Source of the DNA: Phyllobates terribilis
Taxonomy: Eukaryota
Assembly: GCF_046119375.1 (NCBI RefSeq)
Contig: NW_027362767.1
Location: forward strand, 333,064,001-333,128,000
DNA length: 64,000 nt
Reading direction: 5' to 3'
In this document: piece after piece, positions 33,463 through 47,437 of the stretch
How the letters are laid out: every line of letters starts with the position of its first letter
Numbering within the stretch: the stretch's first letter is position 1
Translations under genes and position numbers: made by a program
Notes under the pieces: generated by a model
The model's input: the letters and a program-made list of their open reading frames with translations, nothing else
Database searches by the model: none
Told to the model about the DNA's origin: nothing

Positions 33463-34307
33463 TATATATATATATTTCTCCGCCGTATCTCTGCATCATG
33501 AATCGTGGTATGTGTTAAAGGGGCCCACTGAAACTCTTTCGCCCGGGGCCCAGAAAAACCTGGAGCCGGCCCTGCATAGAAGTGTGCTGCTAAAGAGACT
33601 TGATCTGTGCTGTACTGTGCTACTAGGAAAGACTTTTTATTAATGTGCCTATGCAAGAAGAAGCTATTACTGTTATTGAAGCCTGTTGCTTTAAGAAATT
33701 AATGTTTTGGATTGTCCGAGCTGTTGCAAGAGTCATGAAGACTCTTGCCAAATGTGTCTGGTCAGCAAGTGAATCCACCTACATGTTTGTCCCTGAGAGA
33801 AGCTGCAGCACATGGTCTATGGTCGCCCTGAGTGACGATTCCCCCAAAATTCATGAAACCTGTCTCTCCCCTATCTAAACCTAGTGGCGTGCGTGTAACA
33901 TTAGTCTTTACCCAATACAGTTCCTTGAAAACCGAGAGTACTGGACACTGGAATCTATTTGGTTAGAGTCTCCATACACTGAATGACAGCAACTCTGAAA
34001 CTAGGGATGGGGCCTTTGTAGGGGTCCCCAGCAGAGTGACACTGGTTCAGGCATTCCCTTATGGTGAAAGCTTTGGGGATTATCGATATAGACCAATTTA
34101 GGTTTTCATTGAAACCCAACAGTTTATTCATGCTGCTCCAACCATGAGCAGAATGAATTAGAGACTAGATATATTATTGCAGCCATGTATGTTTAATGTT
34201 GAAACACTTCTGTATTTCAGACAAAATAGGCTAACTGGGGGCAATGCGACTAGGAAGACTAGTCTAAGGCAGATGCTAGACTGGTTTTCCCTATCTCATC
34301 CCTTTAA

Positions 34308-34732
34308 GGGCTCATTCAGACATCCAATTTTTACGTATGAGTGCTATCCGTGCTTTTAACACACAGCACTCTTACCAGTGATAATCTTTGGGGTCATTCA
34401 CATATCAGATTTTTTCCTCGGACCAAGTGGTCCACTGAAAATATCGGAGACATGCCTGATTTTGATCTGAGGGTCGAATCAAAATAAGCAATGCAAGTTA
34501 TGAAAAGAATCGGACTGCACTCAGATGACACCTGAGTGCGGTCCAATTTTCATGGACTGTCAGAATGGAGAAGGTGGAGATATTTTTTTTTAAATTTCTC
34601 CATGTACCAGAAAAGTGGATAACCCTCTTAGCAAACTGTGATCAAACTCTGATACAACTGTGATCAGAGTCTGATCAGAATAATTGGTCTGATTTTCTCG
34701 TACACAAAAAAATAGGACATCTGAGTGAGCCC
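34308..34732. mobile_element. MITE (Tourist/PIF-Harbinger-like)
   Basis: TAA|GGGCTCATTCAGACATCC...GGACATCTGAGTGAGCCC|TGA. Confidence 0.7.
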
Positions 34733-35291
34733 TGACTGACAGATCTCTCCCTTTTAACTTTGTTGCAATAAAGTTTACTCTTTTTATTCGGAATACGATT
34801 GTAGGATTTCTCGCCTTGATCTTCGTTATGCCACATCGGGCAGGAGTGGCTTATTCCATGCCGAGTGCAACAGCCTCATCGAGGGTGAGCTAGTCTCTAC
34901 ATTATATTTGCTCGACTGGTTTTCCCTGCCCTACTATCCTTAACTGACAGGTCTCTCCCTACACACACATAGGTACAGACCTATCAGTCTATGGGAGATG
35001 CAACATTTCAGACCAAAATTATACATGGCTGCAATAACAGAGTCGATCTCTGGGTCACGTTGGCCATGGTTCAAGCAGCATGTCATGTGCCCTTTAACAA
35101 TTATTTTGTGATGGAAATAAGAAGATAAAGTCCACCAACAGTGATTTAAGGGCAATTGTCCTTCAATGCCACTTTAATGTACACAAATGGGATCCAAACA
35201 ATTCTTGCAGACTTCTTAAAGATATCCAACCATTATGGTAATCCCCACCACCCCCAATGTTATATTCGATCACGAAACATCTTGCCACATG

Positions 35292-35293
<2 letters not shown>

Positions 35294-35333
<40 letters not shown>

Positions 35334-35370
35334 CATATATATATATACATATATATATATATACATATAT
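35294..35370. repeat. (TA)n / (TACA) microsatellite
   Basis: Seen directly in the sequence. Confidence 0.95.
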
Positions 35371-36802
35371 ACAATCAGACAAGTAAGACTATGTTCAAGA
35401 AGTCATTCATAACCACAATGATGCCAACTTCTCTGCACGTTATTCAGTATTGATCAGCAATGTAAAACTATTTCTCAAAATGCAAAAGAACAAAAAGAAA
35501 TCAGCTTTATTTGCATCTTTAATCTGTTACCTGAATTTCAGCAACTGGCTTTAGAAAACATGGATAATACATTGTACCCATGAGATGCAGCCAGGCTTTG
35601 TTTTTAATGAATAATAATTTACTGCCTACACCGCTAACCATTTCAAAAACATCCAAGACTTCAGCTGAAGGTCTGGCATGAAAAGTAGAATTAATCATTT
35701 ACTTTAATGTATGAACAACAGCTATCCACAAGTAGGCATTTGTAGAGCAAAACAAACAGTGATGGGAGCGAGCTTTAAATGTCTTATCGAAAGGTTGTAA
35801 ATGAAGAATTATCTCCGTACGGTCCAAATGAGCCGCTATTTACCTCCTGAACACATGTATCTTTAAATCACATGTATTTACGAGCTTGCGGTTGTGTAGC
35901 TTTGTGCCGACCTCTCCAAGTGAAATCTACAGCTGTATGCTCTTCTTAATAACATCTTCAATACTAATGCCAGAAGGTGCAATTTGATTACTGACCTGTT
36001 ATCCAACTAGTTCTAGAAAACAATTCAAACTAAATTTCCTTAATATGCCTATTTTTCTATCCTGCCAGAAGGGTTGCTAATGAATTTTCTGCTTGAATGC
36101 ACAGACAGATTGAGAACTACGACTGTATTGGCCTGGGTAACGTGGCACTGGCAAACACAGCTTATTTGTACCCATGCACGTTTCCTCTTGAGTATGTTCC
36201 TCATCCAGAGGTAATTTTGCAATAAAATCAGCCACAATTATTGCAAGCGCCTGGAAAGATTCCTTAAGGAATAAGAGTGGTAATTCAATACTAGGAAACT
36301 TTGTACTTGGAAAAATTAACCTTGTAAAGTGTTATTTTCTCTAGCGTTATCTAATTTTTCCCTTTCTCCTTTGTCTATTGATCTTTAATGACAGGAGAGG
36401 TAAAGTTTATGCCTCTTATGTTATTCTCTCATTTGTGCTTAAGTGGTAAAATAGCCATTAGAAGAAGAAATAAAACAAATGTATGTATTTCAAAGTCAAT
36501 ACGAAATTGCCAAATGTATACGGACATTACATAAGTCCCTTATTATGTCATAAAGTTACGTGCTTCTTACTGAAGCACCAATCAATTCTGCAGTGAGAAA
36601 TAGAGAATGTCCGCACAATAGTTTCTGTCCCTGATGGGACTCAAAGTTTAATTTCCTTTTCTAAAATAAGTTCTCACGGCTTTAAAGATAGTCAAAAAGT
36701 AGTCAAATCGACAGCAAGCCATCAGAGCCTCAATTCAAGTTCTTTAACATGAACCCCATTTCCCGTGAGCAGCTTATGGTTCTGCTGTGTACTTATGTTT
36801 AA

Positions 36803-37182
36803 AGCCATGTTCACATGCAAGCGCATTTGCAGCATTTTTTTGCTGCTTTTTTATGCAAATTAAAAGCTGCTTTTTGCAATGACAGCAAAAGCTCTCAGAT
36901 TGCAGAAATATCATGTATATGATTGGGGTTTTTTTACTGAATAGATTTGAGAACTGCAGCGTTTTTGAAATTTGCAGCATGTCAATTTTTTTCCTGAGTT
37001 TTTGCAGCATTTTTTCACCCATAGAAAGCAATGAGAAAGTGAAAAAGACAGCTAAAAAGCTACGAAAAATGCTGCGAAAAATGGCATAAAAAATGCCAAA
37101 AAATGGTGTTTTGAAGGCAGTCTTTTTACTGCCAAGAGAGCAGGTTTTGGTTGTAGCAAAAATGCTGCTTGTGAACATAGCC
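36803..37182. mobile_element. MITE (Tourist/PIF-Harbinger-like), similar in style to 4990-5366
   Basis: TAA|AGCCATGTTCACATG...TTGTGAACATAGCC|TAA with a 3-bp TAA TSD. Confidence 0.78.
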
Positions 37183-37349
37183 TAAGAGGGACTTTTAGAC
37201 CTCTCAGACACCAAGGCTCAACTGCAACTGCTACCTGTGGATCCTTTATAGCTACTTCCCTTTGCTTCCTATATGCAAATTAAAAGAAAGAAAGAGGCCA
37301 TACTTAACAAAACTTGGTCACAATACCAATCAACTCCAGGATGCATTGA

Positions 37350-38408
37350 TGTAAGGTGGAATTAATGTAGCACGGCGCGGGGCAGTAGCCGAGGGTGAGG
37401 CACTTGGTCTCCTTTTACGCCCCAGCACGCTACATGAAAGTGTTAGTTCTGTCTGGATGTGTGCACTTGTGCTGTGAGGGCCTTACGCCCGTGCAGGCCG
37501 CATGTAGCCGATGTTGTCGGCTGGCCAGGACCACGTGTTTCACAGTTCAAAGAGAAAGACTTCCATTTTAAAACAAACTCTTTACTGAATGGTTACTTGG
37601 CACAGGTTATATACAAGGGATAGCCGATGCACAGTCTTATGGACGTTTCCTTTACAGCATGAAGCATTTTTCTACTTTTAATATCCATCCTCCGTAGTTT
37701 ATTCTAGGGCTAATGAGGCATACTGTTTCTCTCTACTCCGCCACAACCCAGCTTTAACACTACAGTCTTGATCTGTAAGTGTCTTGACTTGCTCTTTGGT
37801 TCCGTGACCTATTTCTTCCACTACTCGTGCCCTGGAACCCTTGCACTTGGGACCTCACTAGAGCCACGTCTTGCTTAGGCCCTTTACCTTCTGTGTTACA
37901 AGCTCCGGGGTTTGTGACTTGGTGTCCTATCCAAGGACCCCTCTCCGGAAGGCCACTGTCTTGTCAGTCACTTCTCTTCAGGATCATACTATCACTCCTT
38001 CTTAGTCTCCTCTCACTTAGGGTCACCTGTTCATGCAGCTCTGCCCATTCTACACTACAGGCTCTATCTAACCAACTAACAGGAACACAGTCACTTTCCC
38101 TAACACCAACCCCTCCCACTGTGTGCTAATCCCAACATTAACTCTATCCTAAGTTACCCTATTGTCACTACCTATGCTACAGTCAACTATCTACATCCCT
38201 ATACTACCTGTCCTATAAAACTATACCTTACACTATACAATTTATACTATACATTACTAACATCACACAAGAACATATTACATTTCACAATGTCACATTA
38301 CACAACATATATAAAAGACGCAAGACATTATTTACATTACAATACAACACATAAGAGATTGGTGTCTTCAGGGGTAGGAACGTTACAGCCCAGTTCACCA
38401 TCCTTACA
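37350..38408 (-). mobile_element. Probable solo LTR
   Basis: TGTAAGG...CCTTACA termini, AGTAAA-like signal on the minus strand at about 37580, LTR-like composition. No matching TSD found. Confidence 0.5.
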
Positions 38409-38936
38409 GTAACACAAGTGAATAATTCTGATGCGCTACCACTCACACACCTCTTATTCATAGGGTTGGGTGGTTACTTACCATTATAAATGCATATAGA
38501 CAGGGCTTATATCAGATGCCAGTTATTCCGCTTTACGTCATTGGGACCTACCGGTATTGATAAGTATGGCCTTTCTTTTGCTGTGATGTGTCTGGATTTG
38601 ATGTTCTTTTTAATGAGTTGTTTTTTTTATTTTAGTGTAGGAGATTGCAAGACAATGAGGACCTTTGTTGAGGGCTGTGAACTTGTCCTGTCATGTTGGT
38701 GGGGAAAATAATGTGCTTATTCTTGTGGGATGCACTTACATAGTGCTAGACAGCCTGCCTGATAATAATAATATAGACGTGACCAGTTGGCTGTAAGCCA
38801 GTAAGGTAATAAATGTAGAACAGCAATGATATCTGTCCAGCACTCAATCTCCAATTAAGAAATATTTGTTTTATTATTCCATTAAAAGAATGATATATTA
38901 GTGATATATCAAAAAACACACAAGTAGAAACAGGCC

Positions 38937-39078
38937 ATCCTGAGAAAAAAAAAAACCTACGCGTTTTGAACCTGAAAATTCAGCCATTTCCTAATCATGG
39001 TAATCATTTATCATGGTACCATGATTAAGAACTGGCTATATTTTCAGGTTTCATACATGTAGGAGGTTTTCTCAGGAT
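38937..39078. repeat. Imperfect palindrome (arms about 60 bp)
   Basis: ATCCTGAGAAAA..CCTACGCGTTTTGAACCTGAAAAT..CCTAATCATGGT / ACCATGATTAAG..ATTTTCAGGTTTC..ATGTAGG..TTTTCTCAGGAT. Confidence 0.8.
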
Positions 39079-40190
39079 GTTCTGTTTTTAAATTGTGTAT
39101 TTTTTGGATAGATCACTAATATATCATTCTCTTAATAGAATAATAAAACAAATATTTTGTAATTGGATATTGATTGCTGGAAAGATATCATTGCTATTCC
39201 ACATGTATCACCACTATCATCTCCAACCAACTTTACATGATGTGAGCTGAACAATTCCACCCACCCCCTCCCCATTTTTATTGAGAAAGCCAGTATGGTA
39301 CAATACCTGCAATTGTGTAGCTGGCACATTTTACAAACCTTGTCTGTGTGTAATTGTAATACCAAGGACCCACCATGGTTGGTAGGTGTGTGACTGGTTG
39401 TTCATGAGTATTTTACACCAGTGCTAGCTCTGCCTTATATCATTGGAGTCTGTTGGAATTGTGACCAGGTATTGATAAGTATGGCCTCTTTCTTTCTGTG
39501 ATGTGTTTGCATTTTATGTACTTATTCATTGAGCTGTTTTCAAATTTCTAAATTATCTTCATTAAAACATTTCACAATTTTGTGTCAGCAGAATGCCTTT
39601 AAGTCCTTCTCTTTTGCACACATTTTAAAAATTCACCAGAGCCTCTGCCCCTGGTTCCCTGCTCCATTCACTCAGTGTTAGAGATAGCAGGAGGAAGGTG
39701 GAGGTGATTGTACACAGATCTGCATTGAACAAAGGGGAAAGTATGTAACACTTTATGTAAAACAGACAAAACAGGCTACAGATAAAGAAAACACATAGAG
39801 AGGAGCCAAGTTTAGTATTCATGCTGTGATAATACAACATGGCAAATGAAGACAACAGCAACCTGGATGTGTAGAGATCTCACATCCATACTATATTACT
39901 GGGAGTGACACTCCTGCAAGAGGAAAATCTGAAACTTCGATCAGGCTGCAAACTGCTTATCAGGGGGTCTGAAGATAAATGAAGGAATTGAGATTGCAGA
40001 TTAAAATAAAATGCAATTTTCCTAACTAAAGATAATCACTCACAAATGTAAAAACACCAAGTGCTGTTATGTTTGCTGTACAGTTAGGAAAGTTATAGAC
40101 TTTTTTTCAAAGGTTCAGCCCCCCATGGCAGCAAAGTTGTGAATTATTGATATAGAATATAGGGCAGTTTATGATATCTATTTTGTGTAG

Positions 40191-40237
40191 ACCCTGAAGG
40201 AGGAAATTGGCCAGAAGAACCTCAAGAAAATCAACAG
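40191..40237 (+). other. Candidate 47-nt exon of an unidentified transcript
   Basis: TTTTGTGTAG|ACCCTG...CAACAG|GTAAGC has consensus splice sites; two frames are open (TLKEEIGQKNLKKIN or PEGGNWPEEPQENQQ). No protein recognised. Confidence 0.3.
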
Positions 40238-40951
40238 GTAAGCTGAAAAAATATATATATATTTTGCAGAAACGTAGTTGAGAATGTTAGCCCCATGCTA
40301 CACACAACCCAAAAACATGTTGCAATATCTATACTATCATAAGTAATTCTCCTAATAACTGGGTTTATATCACTTAGCCAAGCAAAGCGAATCATTTAGT
40401 CCTAAAATGTCCCTTTACTTTCTTTATATGTTGAATATTTAAGTATTTTTAATAACCATAAAAGTTGGCAGCATTTTTACAAAGTGTAGCACAGCTCTGC
40501 AATCTGTCATTTGGAGATTATAGTTTAGAATGAAAATTTCTATGTAGCAGATGTGAACATAATAATTTAGCTTGTACTCAGTTTGGCCTACATGGCAGGG
40601 GGCAGTTTGGTCAAATCCTGATAATTTAGGCTGCAGTAAGGGGTTATTTATCCAATACTGGATAATAAAGTTAATAGTTGCTGCAGAACTTCTAAAACCA
40701 AGGTACTTTCTGAAATCCTAAATATCAAAGCAAGCTTTTCACAGATGTCTAAGTACTAATTTGTAGGGCAGTATATCACTAAAAACTTGCCCGAAAACGT
40801 AATATTTAATTTTTGGGAGTTTTTATTCATTTCTGCACTACAATTTTATCCATTAAAAAAAATTTATAAGTAGACGCTATCGTGAGATATGAATACTTAA
40901 AACATACAGTTGAAACCAGAAGTTTGCATACACTATATAAAAAGACACATA

Positions 40952-42521
<1,570 letters not shown>

Positions 42522-44064
42522 TATGCATGTTTTTCTCAATATCTGACATGAATTCAGAATATCTCATGATGCTATCTATTTTGTGAAGTGCACCAGTTCC
42601 TCCTGTAGAAAAACAACCCCACAACATGATGCTGCCACCCCTGTGTTTCACAGTTGGGATGGTGATTTTAGGATTCCAAGCTTCTCCCTTTTTTCTCCAA
42701 AAGTAACGATGGTCATTATGCCCAAAAAGTTTAAGTTTCGTTTCATCAGACCACAGGACATTTCTCCAAAAATTAAGGTCTTTGTTCCTGTGTGCATTTG
42801 AAACCATTAATCTAGCTTTTTTATGTTTATTTTGGATTAATGGCTTCTTCCTGGCAGAGTGGCCTTTCAGCCCATGTTGATATAGTACTTGTTTCACTGT
42901 GGATATTGACACAATCTTATCAGCTTCCGCCATCATCTTCACAAGGTCTTTTGCTTTTGTTCTTGGGTTGATATGCACATGTCGGACCAAAGCACGTTCA
43001 TCTCTGGGACATAGAACCCGTCTCTTTCCTGAGCGGTATGATGGCTGGACATTCCCATCTTTTATGTACTTGTGTATAATTGTTTGTACAGATGAACGAG
43101 GCACCTTCAGGTATCTTGAAATCATACCCAAGGATGAGACAGACTTGTGAAAGTCCACTATTCTCTTCCTGATATCTTGGCTGGTTTCTTTAGACTTTCC
43201 CATGATGCTACACAAACAAGCAGTGTGTTTCAGGTGTGCATTAAAAAACATCCACAGGTGTGTCTCTAATTAACTCAGATGTTGCCAAAAAAATCTATCA
43301 GAAGCTTCCAAACACATGACATCATCATATGGGCAGTCCAGAATTGTTTAAAGGCATAGTAATCTTAGTGTATGTAAACTTTTGACTTTGTATAAGTAAT
43401 AAAAATGCCTTAAAACATTCTCTCTCTCATTATTCTGGCATTTGGCAAATATTAAAAATTATGGTAATCCTAATTGACCTAAAATGTGAAAGGTTTATTC
43501 TGATTTCATGTCAGATATTGAGAAACACATGCATATGTGTCTTTTTATATAGTGTATGTAAACTTCTGGTTTCAACTGTACTCCAGCATAATAAAGACTA
43601 AATTTAACCATCTATTTGACAGAAGGGTTAGCAATGCTTAATAGTCCACATATACAGTTTAGTCCAGATTTATGTGGACAGTAACAAATAGCCTCTGAAC
43701 ACCAGTCTGGAGTGCAATACTTTGTATACGTTGGTGCTTTGCTAGGTCTTTACCGCAATCACTAGTAAAGACTAATGTGGCCTCTTTATTTTTGAGTATT
43801 AAGGATGCATTTACTCTGAAAGATTATAGTGAAATGTGGGTTCCCATGAACACTTGTTTCATGGCAATCCTGCAGTGTAAACAGGCAGCCGATCACCCGA
43901 TGAAAGAGCAAAACACTCATTTGTCGGGTGAAATTATTTTATTTTCTGCTGCACAAAATAGCCTCTTTCTCGGCAGCACATCATTCTGTGTAAACAGAAC
44001 TCATGCTGCTGAGAACACTGACAGCCTGTGCACACTAAATCTATGACAGGCTGTTTAGTGCACA

Positions 44065-44400
44065 CTAGAAGTGCGGTCTCAATCGACATTTAGTGCCATC
44101 GGTCATTAGGTGTAAACGCACTTTTACCAGTTGTTTGCATCTTGAGATAATACCTCTGAATTTACATTTATGAAAGTATCTCTTGATTATAGTCTTTGAC
44201 AATGATACGTTCACCTCTTTCAAAATGTAAGTAACTCTAGATGTTGTAAAGGGATATTTCTTAACCAAGGTAAAAATTCTGCTATCATCCACTTTAGTGG
44301 TCTTCCCTGCTTTTCTAGACCTTTTGGTGTTGCTGAGTTCATCAATGCTCTTGAACAAACTTTTAAGAATTTATTATTAAGTTGTTGATTTGGATACTCT
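44065..44400 (-). pseudogene. Short decayed Tc1 transposase fragment
   Basis: KRSRKAGKTTKVDDSRIFTLVKKYPFTT...SLSKTIIKRYFHKCKFRG resembles the N-terminal region of the 45772 transposase. Confidence 0.7.
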
Positions 44401-44442
44401 TAAATTTTCTATTAACTCTGTTACAGACATAACAAAGTTTAA

Positions 44443-44822
44443 AGGAGTTGTCTCTTTAATAACATCTATACTCATCTCTGATGCCTGCACCATTGCAGCG
44501 GTGTTGGCACTGGCCCTCCTTCGGATCGTGTGACATTGGTATGGACAATCAGTGCTGGCTTCACTCTCCCCACCCTCAGACGTATCACATACATCCGGAG
44601 GAAGTGAGAGCTGCTGCTGTCTCATCTCCTCTGGATGTATGTGAGACGTTCGAAGACAGAGAGAGTGAATTTGATGCTGATTCACTGTAGGGATTGCGTG
44701 ACATAATAACGTCAATGACACGCTATTCCTGGGAGAGCCAGTGCCGGCATCGGAGATGATTATAGATGTTATTATTTTACAAGGGGAATACAATGTGGTT
44801 GTCTGAGTAATGGACAACCCCT
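44443..44822. mobile_element. T2/Kolobok-like MITE with TTAA TSD
   Basis: TTAA|AGGAGTTGTC...GGACAACCCCT|TTAA. Confidence 0.8.
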
Positions 44823-45157
44823 TTAAAATAATATTTCTAGTATAGTATGTCTCAGGGATTGGTAGGATGACCCCAGCTACATTTGTAGGTTTCTTTAAGT
44901 CTACTGATGCCTTATTCTCTTAACCACATATTGAAATTTCCCATAAACATCTATCAAATGTAAATTCAACACTTAGAATCAACTCCAATTTATCGTCTTA
45001 ATTTGTTATGAAATAATGGAATTAAAGGTCACACCAGATCAAAAAATGGATTTTTAGACAATTGTGCAGGTACTTTAGAACCTGTTAAAATGGAATGACT
45101 AATGGCTGTATTTCCAAAAGGGTAAAAGCAATATGTTTTTAAAGCTCCTTGAATTTA

Positions 45158-45378
45158 GGCTTAAGACCACTGCCCCACTATCAGTATCTGGTCAGTATTC
45201 GGTCAGTATTTTTTCTCAGGAGTGGGAGCCAAAACCAGCAGTGGGTGATAAATGCAGAATTGGTGACTTGTTTCTATTATACCTTTTCTCTGATTGTTCC
45301 TCGCCTGCTTTTGGCTCCCACTCCTGAGAAAAAATACTGACCGAACACTGACCAAATACTGATAGTGGGGCCGTAGCC
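45158..45378. mobile_element. Palindromic MITE (Tourist-like)
   Basis: Arms CCCACTATCAGTATCTGGTCAGTATTCGGTCAGTATTTTTTCTCAGGAGTGGGAGCCAAAA and their complement; TTA/TAA flanks. Confidence 0.8.
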
Positions 45379-45414
45379 TAAAGTGTACATTCATATCCTG
45401 ATGATTTTGTTATA

Positions 45415-47062
45415 CAGTTAGGTCCATATATATTTGGACAGAGACAACATTTTTCTAATTTTGGTTCTAGACATTACCACAATGAATTTTAAACAAAACA
45501 ATTCAGATGCAGTTGAAGTTCAGACTTTCAGCTTTCATTTGAGGGTATCCACACTAAAATTGGATGAACGGTTTAGGAGTTTCAGCTCCTTAACATGTGC
45601 CACCCTGTTTTTAAAGGGACCAAAAGTAATTGGACAATTGACTCCAAGGCTATTTCATAGACAGGTGTGGGCAATCCCTTCGTTATGTCATGCTCAATTA
45701 AGCATATAAAAGGCCTGGAGTTGATTTGAGGTGTGGTGCTTGCATTTGGAAGGTTTTGCTGTGAAGTAAACATGCGGTCAAAGGAATTCTCCATGCAGGT
45801 GAAACAAGCCATCCTTAAGCTGCAAAAACAGAAAAAACCCATCCGAGAAATTGCTACAATATTAGGAGCGGCAAAATCTACAGTTTGGTACATCCTGAGA
45901 AAGAAAGAAAGCACTGGTGAACTCATCAATGCAAAAAGACCTGGGCGCCCACGGAAGACAACAGTGGCGGATGATCGCAGAATAATCTCCATGGTGAAGA
46001 GAAACCCCTTCACAACAGCCAACCAAGTGAACAACACTCTCCAGGAGGTAGGCGTATCAATATCCAAATCTACCATTAAGAGAAGACTGCATGAAAGTAA
46101 ATACAGAGGGTTCACTGCACGGTGCAAGCCACTCATAAGCATCAAGAAGAAAAAGGCTAGACTGGACTTTGCTAAAAAACATCTAAAAAAGCCAGCACAG
46201 TTCTGGAAGAACATTCTTTGGACAGATGAAACCAAGATCAACCTCTACCAGAATGATGGAAAGAGAAAAGTATGGCGAAGGCGTGGTACAGCTCATGATC
46301 CAAAGCATACCACATCATCTGTAAAACACGGCGGAGGCAGTGTGATGGCTTGGGCATGCATGGCTGCCAGTGGCACTGGGTCACTAGTGTTTATTGATGA
46401 TGTGACACAGGACAGAAGCAGCCGAATGAATTCTGATGCATTCAGAGCCATACTGTGTGCTCAGATCCAGCCAAATGCAGCCAAACTGATTGGTCATCGT
46501 TTCATACTACAGATGGACAATGACCCAAAGCATAAAGCCAAAGCAACCCAGGAGTTTATTAAAGCAAAGAAGTGGAATATTCTTGAATGGCCAAGTCAGT
46601 CACCTGATCTCAACCCAATTGAGCATGCATTTCACTTGTTAAAGACTAAACTTCAGACAGAAAGGCCCACAAACAAACAGCAACTGAAAACCACCGCAGT
46701 GAAGGCCTGTCAGAGCATCAAAAAGGAGGAAACACAGCGTCTGGTGATGTCCATGAGTTCAAGACTTCAGGCAGTCATTGCCAACAAAGGGTTTTCAACC
46801 AAGTACTAGAAACGAACATTTTATTTACAATTATTTAATCTGTCCAATTACTTTTGGTCCCTTTAAAAACAGGGTGGCACATGTTAAGGAGCTGAAACTC
46901 CTAAACCCTTCATCCAATTTTAATGTGGATCCCCTCAAATGAAAGCTGAAAGTCTGAATTTCAACTGCATCTGAATTGTTTTGTTTAAAATTCATTGTGG
47001 TAATGTCTAGAACCAAAATTAGAAAAATGTTGTCTCTGTCCAAATATATATGGACCTAACTG
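45415..47062 (+). mobile_element. Full-length Tc1 transposon with TIRs of about 220 bp
   Basis: TA|CAGTTAGGTCCATATATATTTGGACAGAGAC...GTCTCTGTCCAAATATATATGGACCTAACTG|TA. Confidence 0.96.
45772..46809 (+). CDS. Tc1 transposase, uninterrupted ORF (345 aa, DD34E)
   Basis: MRSKEFSMQVKQ..., RPGRPRKT, WTDETK, KHGGGSVMAW, MDNDPKH...SPDLNPIEH, ends KGFSTKY*. Confidence 0.88.
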   Translation: MRSKEFSMQVKQAILKLQKQKKPIREIATILGAAKSTVWYILRKKESTGELINAKRPGRPRKTTVADDRRIISMVKRNPFTTANQVNNTLQEVGVSISKSTIKRRLHESKYRGFTARCKPLISIKKKKARLDFAKKHLKKPAQFWKNILWTDETKINLYQNDGKRKVWRRRGTAHDPKHTTSSVKHGGGSVMAWACMAASGTGSLVFIDDVTQDRSSRMNSDAFRAILCAQIQPNAAKLIGHRFILQMDNDPKHKAKATQEFIKAKKWNILEWPSQSPDLNPIEHAFHLLKTKLQTERPTNKQQLKTTAVKACQSIKKEETQRLVMSMSSRLQAVIANKGFSTKY

Positions 47063-47178
47063 TAAATCTATGTACTGGTGTACAGAGGCAAAATTAAGGA
47101 AATTCTGTCCAAATGTTTCTGGACTCAATAGTATGTGCAATAAACATATGTGATGAAAATGAGCATGAGAGAACGTGG

Positions 47179-47437
47179 TTACTTTGGTCATGTGATGTGA
47201 CATCATTAGGAGTTGCTTTGGTCATGTGATGTGACATCATTAGGAGTTGCTTTGGTCATGTGATGTGACATCATTAGGAGTTGCTTTGGTCATGTGATGT
47301 GACATCATTAGGAGTTGCTTTGGTCATGTGATGTGACATCATTAGGAGTTCCTTTGGTCATGTGATGTGACATCATTAGGAGTTGCTTTGGTCATGTGAT
47401 GTGACATCATTAGGAGTTGCTTTGGTCATGTGATGTA
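47179..47437. repeat. 34-bp minisatellite, about 7.5 near-identical copies
   Basis: Unit GTTGCTTTGGTCATGTGATGTGACATCATTAGGA; GGTCATG at 47186, 47220, 47254 and onward. Confidence 0.95.

Larger units (their letters stand above)
27066..33574. mobile_element. Non-autonomous hAT element (about 1.6 kb without the nested LTR element)
   Basis: TIR CAGGGCCGGC / GCCGGCCCTG; perfect 8-bp TSD CATAGAAG (27058-27065, 33575-33582). Confidence 0.92.

Noticed and set aside
35700-36240. Open stretches and splice-like signals on both strands
   Set aside because: Frames are interrupted by stops, strand assignments conflict and no homology is recognised.
47179-47437. 34-bp direct repeats as a possible CRISPR array
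   Set aside because: Head-to-tail tandem copies without unique spacers, eukaryotic context and no cas genes.
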